Shown one piece after another: positions 12,866-26,084 of a DNA stretch of 64,000 bases. The translations under genes and the position numbers were made by a program. The DNA is from Octopus vulgaris. Taxonomy: Eukaryota. The notes beneath the pieces were generated by a model, which saw nothing but the letters and a program-made list of their open reading frames with translations, searched no databases and was not told the origin of the DNA. Each line of letters starts with the position of its first letter. The first letter of the stretch is position 1. The stretch lies in contig OX597834.1 in the NCBI GenBank assembly GCA_951406725.2, positions 41,664,001 to 41,728,000 of the forward strand. The letters run 5' to 3'.

Positions 12866-13073
12866 AAAGTTAATCCAAACAAGAAAACACAAAAAAAAAC
12901 ACAACAACGCGATGACGTGGAACAAATATAGTATTATTGGACGCTCAGGAAAGAAGGAAAGAAGGAGGGTCTAACGTTTCGAGCGGAGCTCTTCGTCGGA
13001 AACATAGGAGAAGGAAAGATCCAGAGAAGGGAAGACGGAGGAAAAAAAATCGCCAACGGTACACACGAGGTCA
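12866..13073 (-). mobile_element. Short hammerhead-bearing element H1, second copy
   Basis: Reverse complement of 21757-21923 with a longer 5' part; the 3' end abuts an AT-dinucleotide tract. Confidence 0.7.
12969..13003 (-). ncRNA. Hammerhead ribozyme variant (family H1, U4C)
   Basis: Minus strand reads GTTT-CCGACGA-A-GAGC(tcc)GCTC-GAAA-CG-TT-AGAC; flanks are homologous to the 21757-21923 copy. Confidence 0.65.
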
Positions 13074-13369
13074 TATCTTAAAGTCAAAAGGGATAATCGA
13101 ATATTAAAAAATAATAACAAAGCGCCGGAGTGACTGTGTGTTAAGTAGGTTGCATTCCAACCACATGGCTCTGGGTTCAGAAAATCGATTACGAGTTCCC
13201 CGTCGGTTTTGACGATGGACATTCACTTGTTCCATTAACTGGATCACCTTTTCGTTAGTTTTGTGTGGCGAAGTTCAAGCGAGAGTACTCTTCGCGTAAT
13301 TCTTGAGTAGAATCATCCTGACAATGGACAGAAAGGCTGGAACTTCTGCTAATTGAGTAGAGTAGAGTA

Positions 13370-13555
13370 GAGGAGAGGAGAGGGGAGAGAGAGAGAGAGA
13401 GAGACTCAGACAGAGTCATAGAAAGACAGGGCAAAACAGACGGTAATGGGGGGTAGAGAAAAGCAGAAAGATAGGCAGAAATTGGCAGAGATATAAGTAG
13501 AAAGCTCCTGGCGTAGTGACAAACATGGAGAGATTCACATTCACAGAAAAAGAGG

Positions 13556-13605
<50 letters not shown>

Positions 13606-14490
13606 GAGAGAGACACAGAGAGAGAGACACAGAGAGAGAGACACAGAGAGAGAGAGAGACAGAGAGAGAGAGAGACAGAGAGAGAGAGAGATTGATTACA
13701 GAAAGAGTGAGAGGAAGAAAAGTGGAGAGAAGGAGGTGATACGGAGAGACACAGGGCTCCAAGAGACAAAGCAAGAGGGGGAGGGGATTTTGATATGAAG
13801 TGAAACAGTGTGGCAGAGAGAGTGAAAGAAAAAAACAAAAGAAAAGAGGGAGGAAAAGAATGAGGATTCGAAAGAGTAGGAGGAGTGAAAAGAATAAGTG
13901 GGAGGTGTGAAAGGACGGTATACGTAAGGAAAGACGAGGTGGGAGGGTGATGGAAAAGTAGCGAGTGGTAGGAGTAATTAGAAGAAATGACATAGGAAGT
14001 GGAAGAGAGCGAGGAAGGGAAGAGGAAGGAGGAGGAGGAGGAGAAGAAGAAGAAGAAGAAGAATAAGAAGAAGAAGAAGAAGAAGAAGAAGAAAAAGGAG
14101 GAGGAGAAGGAGAAGAAAAAGAGGAAGAAGAAGAGGAGGAGGAGGAGAAGAAGAAGAAGAAGAAGAAGAAGAAGAAGAAAAAGAAGTGGAAGAAAAAGAA
14201 GTGGAAGAAGAAGAAGAGAAGGAAGAAGGAGGATAAGGAGAAGAAGAAGAGGAAGAAGAAGGAGGAGGAGGAGAAGAAGAAGAAGAAGAAGAAGAAGAAG
14301 AAGGAGAAGGAGAAGAAGAAGAAGAAGAAGAAGAAGAAGAAGGTGGAGGAGGAGAAGGAGGAGGAGGAGGAGGAGGAGGAGGAGGAGGAGGAGGAGGAGG
14401 AGAAGGGGAATACGTGGGTGACGAAAAGAAAATATAGAGAGATATCAGCGAGAGAATCGAAGAAAGAAAAAGATGCAATAAAGTTACATT

Positions 14491-14556
<66 letters not shown>

Positions 14557-15150
14557 AAGATAAAAGAAGCATTAGGAATGAGAGAGGGGGAGAGAGGGAG
14601 AGTAAAGATAGACTTAAAACGGTTGGGAGAAAATGAGAGGAAATAAAGAAGGAAAAAGAAGCATACCAAGAAGAAGGTTTAGGAGAGAATGAAAAGAAAG
14701 TATGGAAGGAATAGAGAGGCAGGAGGAGAAAGGCAGGCAGTGAGAATGAGTGAGAGTGAGAGGAGAGAGAGAGAGAAAGAGAGGGTGAAATTAAAATGGT
14801 AAAATAGAGATACTAAGAAGTGAGAGAGGGGGAGATGGAGAGCGTGAGAAGGAGAGAGAACAGGTAAGAGTGTGGAGAGGAAGAGAAACGGATATGGGAG
14901 AGAGCGAAATGGAGTGACTTGAGTGATAGAGTGAGGGTTGGACTAATGCGCAGAGTGGGAGGGTTAAAAGAGAGAGAGTGAGGAGACAGACAGACAGACA
15001 GGAGAGAGAGAGAGAGAAAGGAGGAAAGAAAGAGAAGGGGAGAGAGAACAGGTAAGAGGGTGGAGAGGAAGAGAAACGGTTGTGGGAGATAGCGAAATAG
15101 AATGACTTGAGTGATAGAGTGAGGAGTGGACTGATGCACAGAGTGGGAGG

Positions 15151-15190
<40 letters not shown>

Positions 15191-15330
15191 GGAGAGAAAG
15201 GAGAAGGAGAGATGTATGTGTACAGGAAAGGGAAAAAAATGGAATCGGAAATGAATGAGTTTCTGCGTTGGTGGAAAGGAGTGTGGAAGTGAAAGAGTGA
15301 CGGGGTAGGGAACGAAAACAGAGCAAGGTA
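13370..15330. repeat. Polypurine tract of about 2 kb: (GA)n, (GAA)n, (GGA)n
   Basis: The + strand is strongly purine-biased; this produces the spurious poly-S/F/L/E/K/R ORFs. Confidence 0.95.
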
Positions 15331-15413
15331 AAAAAAAACCCAAAAATATACCTTAAAAAGCAGAGGGGATGAGTTGGAAGGGAATGAGTTGCAAAGACGT
15401 ATTACATATGTGT

Positions 15414-15467
<54 letters not shown>

Positions 15468-17977
15468 GTTTGGTCTTGCAAATGGAAGTTTAAGAACTCA
15501 ATACTTAAAACGAAGAATGCGTTATTTGCTCGATGCGTAGCTCCAAGGATGAATCACGAGACAAGTGTCTCGTTTCAAGGTACTTCCTAAGCAATTTGGC
15601 AATTTCTTTGTAGACGGAACTCCAGGCCCTTGCTTGAGTCACTTGTTTAGCTTACAGCTACGATATATGTGTACTTGAGTGTGTGTGTGTGTGTGTGTGT
15701 GTATGTGTCCTGGTTGCGTGGTAAGACGTTCGCTTCCAAACCACATGGTTCCGAGATCAGTCCCATGCTTGGCACCTTGCTCAAATGTCTTCTACTATAG
15801 CCGCGGGCTGACTAAAACCTTGTGATTTGGTAGACAGAAACCGAAAGGAGCCTGTCATATATATATATTACTACTTATTACTTATTATATGTTGATCATT
15901 CATTTTTATAGTTTTCGAGATCTAGTTATATGTTTAAAAAATATATATAATATTTGTTATTTATGTATTGGTTTATGTCTATCACTGTTTGAGCTGCATA
16001 ATAGTGGTTTTATCTCTAATTTATATATATACATATATTATGTATGAATGTATGCATGTGTGTATGTATATATGTACGTGTGTCTTTGTGTCTGCATTTG
16101 CCTTCCATCACATCTTGACAACCGGTGCTGGTGGGTTTCTGTGCCCGCAACTGAGCGGTTCGGCAAAAGACACCAATAGAATGAGTAACAGGGTTTAAAA
16201 AAAGGTCGATTCATTCGACTAGAAATTCTTCAACGCCGTGCTCCAGCATGGCCGCAGTCAAACGACTGAAACAAGAAAAATAGTAGCTTGCTTACCGACG
16301 ACATATTCCGGGTTCAGTCCCACTGCGTGGCACCTTGTCTTCTACTATAGCCTCGGGCCGACCAAAGCCTTGTGAGTGGATTTGGTAGACGGAAACTGAA
16401 AGAAGCCCGTCATATATATGTATATGTATATATTTGTATATGTGTGTGTGTGTTGTGTGTCTGTGTTTGTCCCCCCAACATCGCTTGACAACCGATGGTG
16501 GTGTGTTTACGTACCTGTAACGTAGCGGTTCGGCAAAAGCGACCGATAGAATAAGTACTAGGCCTACAAAGAATACGTTATGGGGTCGATTTGCTCGACT
16601 AAAAGGCGGTGCCCCAGCATGGCCGCAATCAAATGACTGACACAAGTAAAAGAGAGTAAAAAGGGTAAATATAATATAATATATATGTTGTGGCACCAAA
16701 GACCTTCAATAGGGAACTGGTTTTACGGATTAAACAAGTTTTACTGATTAAACAAGAACTACAATGACTGGGGGATTTTTTGATTGGTCAGATTGCAGAT
16801 CGAATTGAATCTGAAGCATTGAACGAAGAAACTGTAGTTAAGGTGTTCATTGTTCAGGAATCTTCTAAGCAGAGCTGCGACCATAAGTCTATATTTAAGC
16901 GAATATAGAAATGAACCAACTACTACGTAATATTCCGTTCTATATTCGGTGGGCGAGCTGGCAGAATGGTTAGCGCGCCAGGCCAGCTAGCGATGTTTAG
17001 CGCCATTTCGTCTGTCTTTATGTTTTCCAGTTCAAATTCCGCTGAGATCGACTTTACTTTTCATTCTTTCAGAGTCGATGAAATAAGTGCCAGCAAAACA
17101 CTAGGGTCAATGTAATCCTCTAAAATTGCTGACCTCGTGCCAAAATTTGGAACCAATATTTTATTTAACATCTGTTCCATTAAAACTAAAATCTTATCAT
17201 AATCAGTATTTCAGGCAATGGTACAAATACGCATAAAGGTAAGTTGGTCCTATAGCCTAGCGACTCAAGGGCGAATTATAGCGGAAATATTTGTCGCAAT
17301 GCGCTGAAGTATAAACAAGTTTAAATACCCACAGATGTAAATAAATATTTCACATGTTCTTTTGACGCAATTGGGGGAAAGTACTCAATATGGGAAATAA
17401 AAGTGTTCGTTTTCTTTCTTTTTTTTTTTTTTGGTTTCTTTTGCGTAGGTTGAACTATGTAAAACTTTTGAGAAATAAACCTAGCTGTTTCTTGCAATAA
17501 ATATATCAAAAGCAAAATTTTTTGTTATAGACCCTTAATAATATGAACCCCGAATTTGCTATTTTCCTAGCATTGCATCTCACGTTTACTATTTTGTTGC
17601 TCTGATTTTCACATTTCTGCTGTTGCCTGCTCGCACACAGAGGCGTGATAGTCGTGTCTATGTGTGTGTGTACATACATACTTTGAAAAGGATCAAACGT
17701 CCTTCTTGAGCCATAGGCTCACAAGTCCAGTTTCCCTGATTCTGTGGCGTATATATTCCCCTCACCCCTGGACGGGACGCTAGTCGTCGTAGGATTACTC
17801 ATTTTTGCCGGCTGAGTAGACTGGAGCGACATGAAACGAAGTGTTTGGCTCAAGAACACAACGCATCGCCTCGTCCAGGAATCGAAACCACAATCTTATT
17901 ATCATAAGTGTAACACACTAACCACTAATCCATCATACGCCTCCACACGCATATACATACATACATACATACATACA

Positions 17978-18011
<34 letters not shown>

Positions 18012-18306
18012 CATACATACATACATACATACATACATACATACATACATACATACATACATGCATAACTGGCATTCCGTAGCATACGACGGCGTGGGTT
18101 CCGGTTGATCTGATCAGCAGAACAGCCTGCTTGTGAAATTAACGTCTAAGTGACTGAGTACGCGACAGACACACGTACCCTTAACCTAGCTCTCAAAGAG
18201 ATTGAGTGTGACACAGAATGTGACAAGGTTGGCCCTTTGAAATACAGGTACTCTACCCATTTTTGTCATATGACCGGACTGGAGTCAACGGGATACATAC
18301 ATACAA

Positions 18307-18493
<187 letters not shown>

Positions 18494-18897
18494 CATACAT
18501 ACATACATACATACATAAGCACATGCGTACATAAGCACATGCGTATAAATACGTGCATATACTTACACATACACACACCCACACACACAGATAACACATA
18601 CACATATGTGTGTGTGTTTGCGTAAATAAGTTGCATTCATTTTAGAAGAATGTCGCATTTGACTCTATATTCTGAGATTTGGACTTGTGCCCTGTAAGTG
18701 ATCGATATTTCCTCCAAAAGGCCGTAATTTTACTGGCCTCAACTATTTTATACATCAAGTACAGTATACAGAATTGACTGCATTTGACATCAAATTCTAC
18801 GAAAAGATTAACTGTATGTACATGAACACCAGCTACGCATTGGTAATCCATGTCCTTCATATACATTGTATATTTACAGTGGAATTTTGTATAAATA

Positions 18898-19295
18898 GGC
18901 GCAGGAGTGGCTGTGTGGTAAGTAGCTTGCTAACCAACCACATGGTTCCGGGTTCAGTCCCACTGCGTGGCATCTTGGGCAAGTGTCTTCTGCTATAGCC
19001 CCGGGCAGACCAATGCCTTGTGAGTGGATTTGGTAGACGGAAACTGAAAGAAGCCTGTCGTATATATGTATATATATATGTATGTATGTGTTTGTGTGTC
19101 TGTATTTGTCCCCCTAGCATTGCTTGACAACCGATGCTGGTGTGTTTACGTCCCCGTAGATTAGCGGTTCGGCAAAAGAGATCGATAGAATAAGTACTGG
19201 GCTTACAAAGAATAAGTCCCGGGGTCGATTTGCTCGACTAAAGGCGGTGCTCCAGCATGGCTATAGTCAAATGACTGAAACAAGTAAAAGAGAAA
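18898..19295 (+). mobile_element. SINE family B, full length (tRNA head, internal microsatellite)
   Basis: GGCGCAGGAGTGGCTGTGTGGTAAG A box, GGTTCAGTCCC B box, CTTGGGCAAGT, internal (TA)n(TG)n, tail TGACTGAAACAAGTAAAAGAG. Confidence 0.85.
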
Positions 19296-20349
19296 AAGAA
19301 AAATACTATTCCTTTTATATAATTCAGTATAGTTCTTTCGTTTTGATGTTCAACAATATCTTTCAGACGACGTTTGACGGGTCCCCTACTGGGCTTAATA
19401 TTCGTTATTGTTTGTTTGTCATAAGGCCAGAAAACTTGTGCTTTGCTGTCTTTTCAACGGTTCAATGAGTGCCCGAATGACTGGATACCTGCATTCAATG
19501 GTCATCTGAAAGGTATAGTGTCAAGCTTCTAATATTAGTGTTGAAGCGAGGAGCATTTGTTTTGCCATCCACCAAAATACATTCCATGAACTGGCAGAAA
19601 TCCTCGGCTGCATTCACCTGTAAGCAGACGACCAGATGCACATGTCTTCAAAATAGTCAAATATTGGGTCCATATATCCTTAAATCCTTTAAAATGTTTT
19701 AGCCCGAAGGCCGCGGCCATGCTGGTGCACCACCGCTGTGGTGTATAAACAAACTTTGAAGCGTCGAGCGATTTGGAGTTTTACAGAAAATAGAGGAATT
19801 TTAGAACGCAGAATAGCTGTGGAATAGCTGGGAAGATCGAGTAAAATACCTTAGAAGACGGACGTTTGTTTATAAAAATGTTCCCACGTTCCAAAATCTA
19901 ATATTTAGCATTGTAAAAGACATCATCTGCTGTCAGCAGTCGCTTAGCTCAATGGTACAAGTCCCTGAATTTGAGAAGTACAAGTTTCGATTCTCAGCAG
20001 CGTCTTGCTGACCGTTTACTCTCCCTGTCTTCTAACGGTATTTAACCGCTCTTTTCACATTTATTCTGAGTTCGAGACTTCCTCTATCTTTTTTTTTTTT
20101 TTTTGTAAAATACTAGGTCCATAGTTTCAGTAAATTTTTCTCCACCGATGGCAGATTCACAGGTTCAAAAAACTATGTCATTTTATGTAAGAGCAGAATT
20201 TTCCATCCATAAAATTCTGTAGTCGACTTTCTTGAGAAAAACATTGGCGAAGGTGAAAGAAGATGTCGAGATTTGGAAAACTTCTCTGTAAACCGTTATT
20301 TCAAGGCCATTTATAACTGATCCTTGCTTTTAAATCCTTTCAAATTACC

Positions 20350-20577
20350 TATTTCTTTATTACCCACAAGGGGCTAAACATAGAAGGGACAAAGACAGAC
20401 ATAGGTATTAAGTCGATTACATCGACCCCAGTGCGTAACTGGTACTTAACTTATCGACCCCGAAAGGATGAAAGGCAAAGTCGACCTCGGCGGAATTTGA
20501 ACTCACAACGTAACGACAGACGAATTACGGCTACGCATTTCGCCCGGCGTACTAACGTTTCTGCCAGCTCGCCGCCT
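20350..20577 (-). mobile_element. SINE family A, full length
   Basis: Complete head to tail; flanking direct repeat containing TTTCAAATTACC (20338-20349 and 20584-20595). Confidence 0.85.
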
Positions 20578-21279
20578 TAATCATTTCAAATTACCGTTAA
20601 CTACTCCATAGTGTTCTGTACTGCATGATTAGACTTTGGTCGGCCCGAGGCTATAGTAGAAGACACTTGCCCAAGGTGCTACGCAGTGGGACTGAACCCA
20701 GAACCATGCGGTTGGTAAGCTACCTAATTACCACACAGCCACGCCGTATATATGTATATATATGCGTGTGTGTGTTTGTGTGTCTGTGTTTGTCCCCCTA
20801 TCATTGCTTGACAACCGATGCTGGTGTGTTTATGTCCCCGTTACTTAGCGGTTCGGCAAAAGAGACCGATAGAATAAGTACTGGGCTTACAAAAGAATAA
20901 GTCCCGGGGTCGAGTTGCTCGATTAAAGGCGGTGCTCCAGCATGGCCGCAGTCAAATGACTGAAACAAGTAAAAGAGTAAAGAGAGTATCCCCAAATTGA
21001 CGCTATAATTTCTGAGTTTGGGGACCTCAACTAAGATTTACCTCGAACTCTGAATATAAAGAGTCAAAACCAGACATGTAACACATTCTGTTCTACACTC
21101 AAACTTCTGCTAAATTCCTGCTTATAAATAAACCATGCTTAATTGCCTTAAAAATGCGGTGGGTACACCTAGAATAATGTAGACCTAGATACATTAAATT
21201 TTAAAGAAAAACGTGATGGTCATAACTTAAGCACTTTTCAGTAGATATGACTGAAATGACCAAAAACTTGCAAAATGAG

Positions 21280-21331
<52 letters not shown>

Positions 21332-21461
21332 ACACACACCAATACACAGATACATTCATACATACAAACATACATACGTGTTAAATTCAACTTACGTTGA
21401 AAGTTAACAAAGTTTGCTTTAGAAGCGTTGAGATGTATTGAAAGATACAGATAAGGAAATA

Positions 21462-21700
21462 TTGGGTTGTCCGGAAAGTTCGTCCCGATTTATAGTAGCA
21501 AACCTTTCGACTTATTTTAGAACGTGGCTGAGTCCATAAAATAGGATTTGACTACACCTCCATTTAGAGCACAGTTTAAGCTATCTTTTCGTGGAAGAAG
21601 GTTTATGTTCCTATAACCTATGTTAATTCTGTAACCCTTTAAAATGGAAGATAAGAAAGTTCATTTTCTGCACTTGATGCTTTGGGAACCAGACAAAAAT
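21462..21700 (+). mobile_element. Mariner 5' fragment (TIR plus transposase N-terminus)
   Basis: TA|TTGGGTTGTCCGGAAAGTT terminus; ATG at 21644 gives MEDKKVHFLHLMLWE, resembling mariner N-termini. Confidence 0.65.
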
Positions 21701-21756
21701 TGCTGCAGCTCGGCTGGGATGTGTTACCCCACCCTCCTGACACAAGTAAAAGAGTA

Positions 21757-21921
21757 TTCCCTTCTCTGGATCTTTCCTTTTCCTATGTTTCTGACGAAGA
21801 GCTCCGCTCGAAACGTAAAACCCTCCTTCTTCCCTTCCTTCCTGAGCGTCCAATAATACTATATTTGTTCCACGTCCTCGCGTTGTTGTGTTTTCTCTTT
21901 GTTTTTTCATGTTTGGATTAA

Positions 21922-21923
<2 letters not shown>
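21757..21923 (+). mobile_element. Short hammerhead-bearing element H1 (Penelope-like terminal repeat or retrozyme-like)
   Basis: Homologous to 12866-13073 (-); the 3' end abuts (AT)n at 21925-21996. Confidence 0.7.
21787..21821 (+). ncRNA. Minimal type I hammerhead ribozyme, intact core (family H1)
   Basis: GTTT-CTGACGA-A-GAGC(tcc)GCTC-GAAA-CG-TA-AAAC; predicted cleavage 3' of 21817. Confidence 0.8.
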
Positions 21924-21996
<73 letters not shown>

Positions 21997-21997
<1 letters not shown>

Positions 21998-22160
21998 GGG
22001 AAAGTTTACGAAAATAAACAAAAGACGAAGGCAGGTGGAGTACAAACAAACAAATGTATTAGTATAGCGCTGAGGAATAGAAAACAGAAAAAGTCTTTTA
22101 TGTTTCGAGCCTACGCTCTTCGACAGAAAGATACACAGAAAAAAAACAAGGAGAGAAACA
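21997..22160 (-). mobile_element. Short hammerhead-bearing element H2 (about 164 bp)
   Basis: Closely similar to 61326-61489 with the same two boundaries; the 3' end abuts (AT)n. Confidence 0.7.
22094..22131 (-). ncRNA. Hammerhead ribozyme, mutated core (family H2)
   Basis: Minus strand reads TCTTT-CTGTCGA-A-GAGC(gtag)GCTC-GAAA-CA-TA-AAAGA; A6 is substituted, so it is probably inactive. Confidence 0.6.
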
Positions 22161-22176
22161 AATGTATGTATGTATG

Positions 22177-22210
<34 letters not shown>

Positions 22211-22232
22211 TGTATGTATGTATGTATGTATG

Positions 22233-22266
<34 letters not shown>

Positions 22267-22699
22267 TGTATGTATGTATGTATATATACAGTATATTCCA
22301 CGGTGGGGAGTACATGGGGGCAAAGGGCAATACAAGCCAACCCAGTAATATGAACAAGAACTGATTTATTGACGTAGATAGAGACATAAATGGCAAGGTC
22401 AACCATGATGGGGGACTGAACTCAGAGCATAAGGGGGCGGAGTGAAAATTCCAGAATTATGTCTTGTTTCTGTAGCAACGAGATTATGTCAAAGATAAAA
22501 GATTTCACGAAACGATTGTTATCTTTCTAATGTAAGAAGTCGTAACCTTTGATAAGAAACGTCTTGTACATTTCTTTACATATGTGTGCGTGCACGCATC
22601 TATGTGCATGTGCGTGTGTGTGTGTGTGTGTGTGTGTATAGATATTTACCCTATATAAACATGTTCTAAAACATTCATGTGTATATGTAAGTTTGTATG

Positions 22700-22844
22700 T
22701 GCTTTACGATATATATATATATATATGTGTATGTGTGTACGTATATGTGTATGTATATAATATATATATATAAACACATACGTAAACATATACATACGTA
22801 TACATAAATATATATATATATATATATACAAATACATGTATACG

Positions 22845-22940
<96 letters not shown>

Positions 22941-23410
22941 GATAGATAGATAGATAGCAACACATGCTGTTTGCTAATACCTGCATATATGTGTTTTTAT
23001 ATTGATATGCATGTATTTATGTACGCATTTATGTATGTATGTATGTATGTGTGTGTATGTATGGATGTATGTATGTTTGTACGCATGTATGCATGTATGT
23101 ATGTGTGTGAATGTATGTATGCATGTGTGTATGTATGCATGTATGTATGTATGCGTGCATGCATGCATGCATGCATGTATGTATGTATGTATGTATGTAT
23201 TTATGTACGTATTTATGTATGTATGTATGTATGTATGTAATGTATGTATGTATGTATGTATGTATGTATTTATGTACGCATTTATGTATGTATGTATGTA
23301 TGTGTGTATGTATGTATGTATGTATGTATGTATGCATGTATGTATGCATGTATGTATGTATGTATGTGTGTGTATGTGTGTGTATGCATGTATGTATGTA
23401 CGCATGTATG
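22700..23410. repeat. Compound (TA)n/(GATA)n/(TATG)n microsatellite
   Basis: Direct inspection. Confidence 0.9.
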
Positions 23411-23782
23411 GTCCGAGGATTCCTGTCAAGGGATGAACTATTTAACTCTCCCTGTGTCCGAATAACAAAACGAATCAGACCTGACTTACCTGGCAGAGTA
23501 GAATCACTTCTTTCTTCTCATCTACCCGACACCCGACGGGATTTGGGCCTTCAACATTAAATATAACGGTTGCCAGTAACGGGGAGGGAGGAGTCAGGAT
23601 CAACATAGGATGGAACGAGGAATGGGGTCGGAGGCGGACACTGGACACTGGACACTTGATATTTATTACACAGTCAACGAAGCTATGAGATTCATATATG
23701 CGTGTGCACGTGCATGTGCATGCATATGATTGTATGCCTCTGTATCTCTTTCTATATGTGTACGTGTTTGTATATATACATA

Positions 23783-23875
<93 letters not shown>

Positions 23876-23990
23876 GCCTGCTCGCTTAGCCAGCGGGGTG
23901 GCGTCATTTGAAGGCTAAAACAATGCGAAGCGCATGGTGACCAGCGATGTGTAGCAACATCTGATAGCCTGGTCGGTCACGGTGATCACG

Positions 23991-24050
<60 letters not shown>

Positions 24051-24053
24051 TAT

Positions 24054-24101
<48 letters not shown>

Positions 24102-24252
24102 TGCATTTATACATATATATATAACATTATGCAAATGTATATATATGGTGTGCATGTATATACATTCATTATTCTGCAAGAAATGGACGGTGAAGGCAAA
24201 TGCATGCATATATTTTTAGTGTTGCAATTGTTTACATGCATACATACATACA

Positions 24253-24566
24253 TCACCGCGATCACCGTGACCGACCAGGCTATCAGATGTTGCTACACTC
24301 AGCTGGTCACAATGCGCTTCACATTGTTTTTTAGCCTTCGAATGACGCCACCCCGCTGGCTAAGCGAGCAGGTCAACAGAAGAAAGAGTGAGAGGAAGTT
24401 GTGGCGAAAGAGTACAGCAGGGATCGCCACCACACCCTGCCGGAGGATCGTGGAGCTTTAGGTGTTTTCGCTCAATAAACACTCACAACGCCCGTTCTGG
24501 GAATCGAAACCGCGATCCTACGACTGCGAGTACGCTGCCCTAACCCCTGAGCCATTGCGCCACCAC
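24253..24566 (-). mobile_element. SINE with family D head and a different tail
   Basis: Shares about 190 bp of the 5' part with family D; the tail matches 23874-23990(+) in inverted orientation. Confidence 0.8.
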
Positions 24567-24567
24567 G

Positions 24568-24815
24568 CATACATACATACATACATACATACATACATAC
24601 ATACATACATACATGCATGCATACATACATGCATACACACACACACATACATACATACATGCATGCATACATACATACATGCATACATACATACATACAT
24701 ACATACATACATACATACATACATACATACATACATACATACATACATACATACATGCATGCATACATACATGCATACACACACACATACATACATACAT
24801 ACATACATACATACA

Positions 24816-24900
<85 letters not shown>
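24568..24900. repeat. (TACA)n/(TA)n microsatellite
   Basis: Direct inspection; similar tracts at 41150-41470, 42190-42555 and 58360-58705. Confidence 0.9.
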
Positions 24901-25176
24901 TAACATGTAGAAAGCACAGGGGATTCGGTGGTTGGGTGTCTCCCATGTGCATGCCTATGCATGTTTCTACCTGTACCTGTATGTACCTGCATGTGTATAC
25001 CTCGGCCTCGTTACAAATGCTAACCTGCGTTTTGAGGGTTATGGTGCGTTTGCATAGTTACTAATACAAGCGTGTATATATATGGGGTCACAAGCTCCCC
25101 TGTATGAGTGTGCGTGTCTATGCGTGCGTATACGTTTGGTATCCATTTGTACTATACTGTCATTGTCATTATTAAA

Positions 25177-25277
<101 letters not shown>

Positions 25278-25402
25278 TAATAGGCGTAGGTGTGGCTGTG
25301 TGGTAAGTAGCTTGCTTACGAACTACATGTTTCTGGGTTCAATCCACTGCGTGGCACCTTGGACACGTGGATTTGGTAGACAGAAACTGAAAGAAGCCCG
25401 TC

Positions 25403-25479
<77 letters not shown>

Positions 25480-26027
25480 AGTGTATATGTTTGTGTGTCT
25501 GTGTTTGTCCCCGATGCTTGTGTGTTTACGTCACCGTAACTTAGCGGTTCGGCAAAAGAATAAGTACCGCTAGAATAAGACCTGGGGTTGATTTGCTCCA
25601 CTAGAGGCGGTGCTCCAGCATGGCCACAGTCAAATGTCTATAACAAGTAAAAGTATATATATATATATATATATATACATGCATGCATATATATATATAT
25701 ATTAATATATAAAACAATGTATGTATATATATATGTTCTGTATGGATGTTCTGTATGTAAGTTTCTGATTCAGTGTGTGCATCTTTTTGTGTGTGTTTTA
25801 GTATATGTACTTACAACCATGGTTCCAACCACAGCTCTGGTCAGGCCTGGCCTGCCTGGCCTCACCTGGCCTCACCTGGCCTGGCCTAGCCTAGTCTGGT
25901 CTAGTATGGCATACTATGATGTGGAGAGAGAGAGAGAGAGAGACAGACCGACAGACAAACAGACATATAGACAGACGGGAGGATTGTAATATACATATAC
26001 AGATGGAGAGAAGAGAGGATACATACG

Positions 26028-26084
<57 letters not shown>

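Noticed and set aside
13541-14636. 343-aa and Arg/Glu/Lys-rich ORFs
   Set aside because: They are products of the GAA/GGA/GA polypurine tract.
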